Source of the DNA: Thermoanaerobaculia bacterium
Lineage (GTDB): Bacteria; Acidobacteriota; Thermoanaerobaculia; Multivoradales; UBA5704
Assembly: GCA_035536455.1 (NCBI GenBank)
Contig: DATLOC010000053.1
Span: 135,478-199,477 of the forward strand
Length of the DNA: 64,000 nucleotides
Direction of reading: 5' to 3'
Below are positions 60,007-64,000 of the stretch, piece after piece. The notes beneath the pieces were generated by a model. That model made no database searches, was not told the DNA's origin, and saw only the letters and a list, made by a program, of their open reading frames with translations. The translations under genes were made by a program, and so were the position numbers. Positions within the stretch are counted from its first letter, which is position 1. Each line of letters begins with the position of its first letter.

Positions 60007-60357
60007 TCAGAGGCGCAAAACAACCACAACGAGAACCGCGACAATGCTAAGCAAGACCATGCAGCCAGTATCGCCTCTTGAGGGCGATGGCAAAGAGGTT
60101 CTCACCCGCTTTGACCCTGAACTGGACGGGGAAATGGATGCAGATGAAGACCTGCTGTCTGTAGCGCCACCCCTAAGAAAATCAGGGTTGTTTTGTGCTG
60201 CGGTTTTCTTGGAGGGTCGGATCCTCCCAGGGTCGCCCTGTTCAGCCAGGATATTGACTGTTTTACAGCGCCGACACCGCCACACATCACCGATCTTCGC
60301 AGTGCGCGGCCAATGAATCGTCTTACCGCAACGGCACGTGTGTGTCATATGTGGCAT
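60007..60357 (-). CDS. tail-anchored zinc-ribbon membrane protein (C-x-C...C-x2-C, Ser-rich linker, C-terminal TM)
   Basis: GGAGA RBS; MPHMTHTCRCGKTIHWPRTAKIGDVWRCRRCKTV...CMVLLSIVAVLVVVVLRL. An antisense plus-strand ORF 59942..60316 is the alternative. Confidence 0.45.
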   Translation of the reverse strand: MPHMTHTCRCGKTIHWPRTAKIGDVWRCRRCKTVNILAEQGDPGRIRPSKKTAAQNNPDFLRGGATDSRSSSASISPSSSGSKRVRTSLPSPSRGDTGCMVLLSIVAVLVVVVLRL

Positions 60358-60463
60358 CTGGTAAGGTCTCCTTCCCGACCAAGAAACCGCCTGCAGGGCC
60401 TGAACCACTATTGCACGACTTGCCGCAACATCGGTCGGCGCATTCGACAGTTGACTGCCGTGG

Positions 60464-60500
60464 TATGCGAGCTTAAACGGTTAAGCTTAGCATACCATAA
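60464..60500. promoter_or_regulatory. long imperfect palindrome GGTATGCGAGCTTAAACGGTTAAGCTTAGCATACC (core AAGCTTAA-ACGG-TTAAGCTT) at the island border, ~100 nt upstream of the zinc-ribbon gene set
   Basis: Read directly; candidate operator or recombination site. Confidence 0.4.
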
Positions 60501-60559
60501 GGTGGTGTGCCGGCGGTGGCGATGCGGTCGCGGGGAGGCCGGAGCCGCGGCCGGCGCGC

Positions 60560-60830
60560 AGGCCTGACCGAAGCCCCATCCTCGCCTCGCGGGGGGTGGC
60601 TTCCGAACGGGTCGGTGCCCGCCCTTACACGGGCACGGGTTTCACATGGGAAGGCGTTCTTGTGGGGAAGCGTTCGCCCGGGTGGGCAGGGCGTTCACCC
60701 CTCGAGAGCACCTTTTAGGGACGGCGCCGCCCTTTTCGGGTTGGCGGCGGGCATACTCGGGGAGGCGTCTTCCCCTTTGCCGTTCCCCCAGGGGGCGGCG
60801 TTCCGCCTTTCGGGGAGGGCCTATCCCTCG
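60560..60830. repeat. GC-rich structured intergenic region with ~7 loosely periodic GGG(A/G)GGCGTTC...CCCTTT units and a perfect 7-bp hairpin (GTGCCCG-N8-CGGGCAC at about 60613-60636)
   Basis: gggaaggcgttcttgtgg / ggaagcgttcgcccgggtg / gcagggcgttcacccctcg / gggaggcgtcttcccctttgcc / gggggcggcgttccgcctttcgggg. Confidence 0.5.
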
Positions 60831-61468
60831 TGCCCGAGGGCCGCGGCGTCGAGCCCGAGGCGGTGTATCGCCTCGTCGTCGAAGGCGTCGTAGTAGCCGC
60901 GGATGCGGCCTTCGCCGTCCACCAGGACGAAACGGTTGCTGTGGAGGATCGGCTCCTGGGGCGACGCCGTCCCCGGCGGCGGCGACGGCTCGACGGCGAG
61001 CAGAAAGCCCTCGCGGACCAAGGGGTAGACCTCGGCGGCCGAGCCGCTCAGGAAAAGCCAGTCGTCGGGCGCGGCGTAGCGCTCGGCGTAGCGCGCCAGC
61101 ACCTCCGGCGTGTCGTGCTCCGGGTCGACGGTGAAGCTGACGCGGCGGAACGGGGGCTCCTCTCGCCCGCGGCCCAGGTCCGCCATCCGCTCGGTCATCA
61201 GCGGGCAGGACAGGGCGCAGCGGGTGAAGACGAAGTCGGCCACCCAGGGGCGGCCGGCGAGGTCGGCGCGGGTGACCGTGCGGCCGTCGCGGTTGGTGAG
61301 CGCGAAGTCCGGCACCTGCCCGAGCACGGGCGGCGGCGCGGCCTCCCCGCCCGCCAACCGGCTCCAGAGCGCGGCGCCGCCGATCCCCACCAGCGCCAGC
61401 ACCAGCACCGCCCAGAGGACGAGCCGCTGGAAACGGCGCGCGGACGCCGACGCGGGCGCGACGCTCAA
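60821..61468 (-). CDS. SCO1/SenC copper chaperone
   Basis: TTG start in TTGA overlap; TM; FVFTRCALSCP CxxxC; DPEHDTPEVL. Confidence 0.8.
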   Translation of the reverse strand: MSVAPASASARRFQRLVLWAVLVLALVGIGGAALWSRLAGGEAAPPPVLGQVPDFALTNRDGRTVTRADLAGRPWVADFVFTRCALSCPLMTERMADLGRGREEPPFRRVSFTVDPEHDTPEVLARYAERYAAPDDWLFLSGSAAEVYPLVREGFLLAVEPSPPPGTASPQEPILHSNRFVLVDGEGRIRGYYDAFDDEAIHRLGLDAAALGHEG

Positions 61469-62292
61469 TCGACCCTCGCGCCGCGGCTGGCGAGGAGCGC
61501 GGCGAGGAAGCCGGCGACGGCCACCAGCGCGGTCGCCGCGAGCGCCGTGCCGAAGGGCGGCAGCGCCGGCCCGAGCGGCGTGCCGTCGGGGTAGAGGGCG
61601 CGGCGCAGCGCGGCGACGCCGTAGGTCATCGGGTTGATCCACATCAGCGCGGCCAGCCAGCGCGGCGCGCCGTCGAGCGGGAAGAACGCCCCGGAGAGCA
61701 GCCACATCGGCACCAGCAGCAGGTTCATCACCGCGTGGAAGCCCTGCACCGAGTCCACCCGCCAGGCGAAGGCGAGGCCGACGCCGGCGAGGCCGAGGGC
61801 CAGGAGCGCGAGGACCCCCGCCGCGGCGAGCGCCGAGCGCAACGTCAGCGCCACGCCGGCGAAGGGCGCGAGCGCCAGGAAGGGCAGCCCCTGCAGCCAG
61901 GCGAGCGCGGCGCCGCCCAGGACCTTCCCACCGACGATCGCGGCGCGCGGCACCGGTGCCACCAGCACGCCCTGAAGGAAGCCCTGAGCGCGGTCCTCGA
62001 TCGTCGAGATCGTGGCGAAGATGGCGGCGAAGAGGACGACCAGCGCCACGGTGCCGGGGAAGAAGTACTCGCGGTAGTCGAGGCCGGCCGGGCCGCCCGG
62101 GAGGCGGAAGGAGCTCGAGAGACCGCTGCCGATGAGCAGCCAGAAGAGCAGCGGCGAGCCCGCCGCGCCGGCGATCCGCCATGGCTGGCGGAAGAAGCGC
62201 ACGACCTCGCGGCGGGCGAGGGTGGCGGCGGCGAGGAGCGCCGAAGGATTGCCCACGGCCGGCGCCGCGCCGGCCGCCGCGACCGCGCTCAT
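61465..62292 (-). CDS. ABC-2 family permease (NosY-like)
   Basis: Six TM helices; ATGA overlap with the ATPase. Confidence 0.75.
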   Translation of the reverse strand: MSAVAAAGAAPAVGNPSALLAAATLARREVVRFFRQPWRIAGAAGSPLLFWLLIGSGLSSSFRLPGGPAGLDYREYFFPGTVALVVLFAAIFATISTIEDRAQGFLQGVLVAPVPRAAIVGGKVLGGAALAWLQGLPFLALAPFAGVALTLRSALAAAGVLALLALGLAGVGLAFAWRVDSVQGFHAVMNLLLVPMWLLSGAFFPLDGAPRWLAALMWINPMTYGVAALRRALYPDGTPLGPALPPFGTALAATALVAVAGFLAALLASRGARVD

Positions 62293-63242
62293 GGACGTTC
62301 CTCCACGTAGAGCGGGTGGCCGGTGCGCTGGAGGAAGACGTCCTCCAGCGTCGGCCGCGCCACCGTCACCGCCGCGAGGCGGCCGGGAAAGGCCTCGGCC
62401 AGGCGCGGCACCAGCTCGTGGGCGCGCTCGCGCTCCAGCCGCACCTGCCGGCCGCCGGGGCCATCGGCGACGCGCGGCGCCAGCTCCGGGAAGCGGGCGG
62501 CGAGCTCCGCCGCCAAGCCGTCGGGGTCGTCGGCGCCTAGGGTCACCACGTCGCCGCCGATCCCGTCCTTGAGGACCGTCGGCGCCCCCTCCGCCACGAT
62601 CGCGCCGCCGTCGAGGAGCGCCAGGCGGTCGCAGCGGTCCGCCTCGTCCATGTGATGGGTCGTGAGGAGCACCGTCACGCCGGCGCTCCGCAGGCCGGCG
62701 AGGACGTCCCAGAGGTCGCGCCGCGCGCCGGGGTCAAGGCCGCTCGACGGCTCGTCGAGCAACAGGAGCCGCGGCGCGTGGAGGAGGGCCTTGGCGATCT
62801 CCACCCGCCGGCGCAGACCGCCGGAGAGGGTCGCCGCGCGCTCCCCCGCCCGCTCGGCGAGGCCGAAGCGGGCGAGCTGCTCGCCGGCCCGCCGCGCCAG
62901 CTCGCCGCCGGCGAGGCCGTGCAGCCACCCCTGGTGGAGCAGGTTCTCGCGCACCGTGAGCTGAAGGTCGAGGCTCGGGGCCTGGAAGACGACGCCGAGG
63001 AGGCGGCGCACCGCCGCCGGCGCGGCCGCGACGTCGTGGCCGAAGACGCGCAGGGCGCCGCGCGCGGGACTCGCCAGCGTGGCGAGGATGCGGAAGAGGG
63101 TCGTCTTGCCGCCGCCGTTGGGGCCGAGGAAGCCGTAGACCTCCCCCACCGCCACGCTGAAGGAGACGCCGCGCAGCGCTTGGCGGTCGCGGTAGGAGAA
63201 CTCGAGCCCGGAGGCCTCGACCGCGGCGGTCTCGGCGGTCAC
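62289..63242 (-). CDS. ABC transporter ATP-binding protein (NosF-like)
   Basis: GPNGGGKTT, LSGGLRRRV, LLLDEP. Confidence 0.85.
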   Translation of the reverse strand: MTAETAAVEASGLEFSYRDRQALRGVSFSVAVGEVYGFLGPNGGGKTTLFRILATLASPARGALRVFGHDVAAAPAAVRRLLGVVFQAPSLDLQLTVRENLLHQGWLHGLAGGELARRAGEQLARFGLAERAGERAATLSGGLRRRVEIAKALLHAPRLLLLDEPSSGLDPGARRDLWDVLAGLRSAGVTVLLTTHHMDEADRCDRLALLDGGAIVAEGAPTVLKDGIGGDVVTLGADDPDGLAAELAARFPELAPRVADGPGGRQVRLERERAHELVPRLAEAFPGRLAAVTVARPTLEDVFLQRTGHPLYVEERP

Positions 63243-64000
63243 GCCAGGCCGTCGACCAGCATGACCGCGAGGAGGGCCGGCAGGTAGAGGATCGAGGCGA
63301 GCATCAGCCGGCGGGCGGCCGGCGTCGAGCGCCGGCGCGCGAAGTCCACGCCGAAGCCGAGGTAGGCGAGGCCGAGGAGCAGAGCGCCCAAAAAGTAGGG
63401 CACGCCGAGCAGCCCCTGCACCGCCGGCAGCAGCGAAATCGGCACCAGCGCCGCGCCGTAGAGCAGCACCTGGCGCGCAGTGCGCGTCCCTTCCGGGTCG
63501 TGGACCGTGAGCATCGGCAGGCCGGCGCTGGCGTAGTCGGCGCGGCAGAGCCAGGCGATGGCCAGGAAGTGCGGCATCTGCCAGAGGAAGAGGATGCCGA
63601 AGAGCGCCCAGGCGGCGGGGTCGAGCCCGTCGCGCACCGCCGCCCAGCCCATGAGGGGCGGAATGGCGCCGGGCACCGCCCCGACCACGGTGTTGAGCGA
63701 GCTCACCCGCTTGAGCGGCGTGTAGGCGAAGACGTAGCCGGCGAGGGCGAGGGCGCCGAGGAGAGCGGTCAGGAGGTTCACCGCCAGCGCCAGCTCGAGG
63801 AGCCCGGCGACGGCGAGCCCGACGCCGAAGAGGAGCGCGAGGTCGGGGTCGAGCCGCCCGGCCGGGAGCGGCCGCTCGGCGGTGCGCCGCATGCGCGCGT
63901 CCACCTCCCGCTCGAGGACGTGGTTGAGCGCCGAGGCGCCGGCCGAGACGAGGCCGGTGCCGACCAGCGTATGGACGAGGAGGAGCCAGGGGAGTCGGGC
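63239..64000 (-). CDS. ctaB: protoheme IX farnesyltransferase (heme O synthase), 5' end outside the window
   Basis: ...ALNHVLEREVDARMRRTAERPLPAG...VVGAVPGAIPPLMGW...WQMPHFLAIAW. The frame stays open to the window edge. Confidence 0.8.
   Translation of the reverse strand, partial: ARLPWLLLVHTLVGTGLVSAGASALNHVLEREVDARMRRTAERPLPAGRLDPDLALLFGVGLAVAGLLELALAVNLLTALLGALALAGYVFAYTPLKRVSSLNTVVGAVPGAIPPLMGWAAVRDGLDPAAWALFGILFLWQMPHFLAIAWLCRADYASAGLPMLTVHDPEGTRTARQVLLYGAALVPISLLPAVQGLLGVPYFLGALLLGLAYLGFGVDFARRRSTPAARRLMLASILYLPALLAVMLVDGLA

Larger units (their letters stand above)
59190..60540. other. compositionally anomalous AT-rich island (probable horizontally acquired insert; no integrase/transposase seen)
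   Basis: An abrupt drop in GC visible by eye between the ankyrin stop and about 60540; flanked at the right end by a long imperfect palindrome. Confidence 0.7.

Overview
This is a very GC-rich (about 70% by eye), gene-dense bacterial chromosomal segment. The organism is probably a diderm: the window encodes a TonB-dependent receptor, a FecR/ECF sigma pair and tripartite RND pumps. High GC makes the six-frame track full of long spurious antisense ORFs. Real genes were called from recognisable protein motifs, signal peptides, RBS/start context and the recurrent 4-nt stop/start overlaps (GTGA, ATGA, TTGA). Coordinates come from the ORF track where possible and are otherwise approximate (±3 nt); no computation or database search was run.

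Main content, left to right:
1. A copper-centred operon on the minus strand: a Tat multicopper oxidase (MCO), a Tat SCO-like protein with a large unknown domain, and a SCO1 / cytochrome c / periplasmic-binding-protein fusion.
2. A PAP2/vanadium-haloperoxidase-like secreted enzyme.
3. A CysO-type sulfur-carrier cysteine-synthesis cluster in which the carrier is fused to its E1 (MoaD-MoeZ-rhodanese). It also holds a JAMM protease, cysM, a catalytically dead MPN paralog and a sulfite-oxidase-family molybdoenzyme.
4. An 'oxidative/protein-modifying' neighbourhood: protein-glutamine glutaminase, an Ere-family esterase with CarboxypepD_reg domains, and a tyrosinase with a C-terminal extension.
5. 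A rhomboid protease.
6. An MdtABC-like adaptor + RND + RND efflux operon.
7. A BrnT/BrnA toxin-antitoxin pair, an ABC-2 exporter with HlyD adaptor, xseA/xseB, a VWA protein, a YhaM-like OB/HD protein and a MazEF-like toxin-antitoxin pair.
8. LDH/MDH, VanZ-like and DUF420 proteins.
9. A STN-TonB receptor convergent with ECF sigma/FecR.
10. An aa3-type cytochrome c oxidase operon in unusual order: subunits I, III, IV, two tiny ORFs, then II.
11. A Tat ankyrin protein.
12. A roughly 1.35-kb AT-rich island encoding three small zinc-ribbon/RING-like ORFs.
13. SCO1, a NosFY-like ABC pair and partial ctaB.

The most unusual signal is non-genic. Several arrays of tandem ~20-21-bp units each carry a different short inverted-repeat core. 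The cores are TCCGGAT-NN-ATCCG, GGAA-N4-TTCC, GAGATCTC and GTTAC-C-GTAAC. They sit upstream of tyrosinase and upstream of the cox operon, and a paralogous copy sits in the 3' tail of the esterase ORF. A 78-bp element is duplicated downstream of the glutaminase gene and upstream of tyrosinase. A 3'-flanking intergenic region carries repeated GGCGTTC motifs and a perfect 7-bp hairpin. Two genes carry single-base homopolymer frameshifts, which look more like assembly errors than biology.
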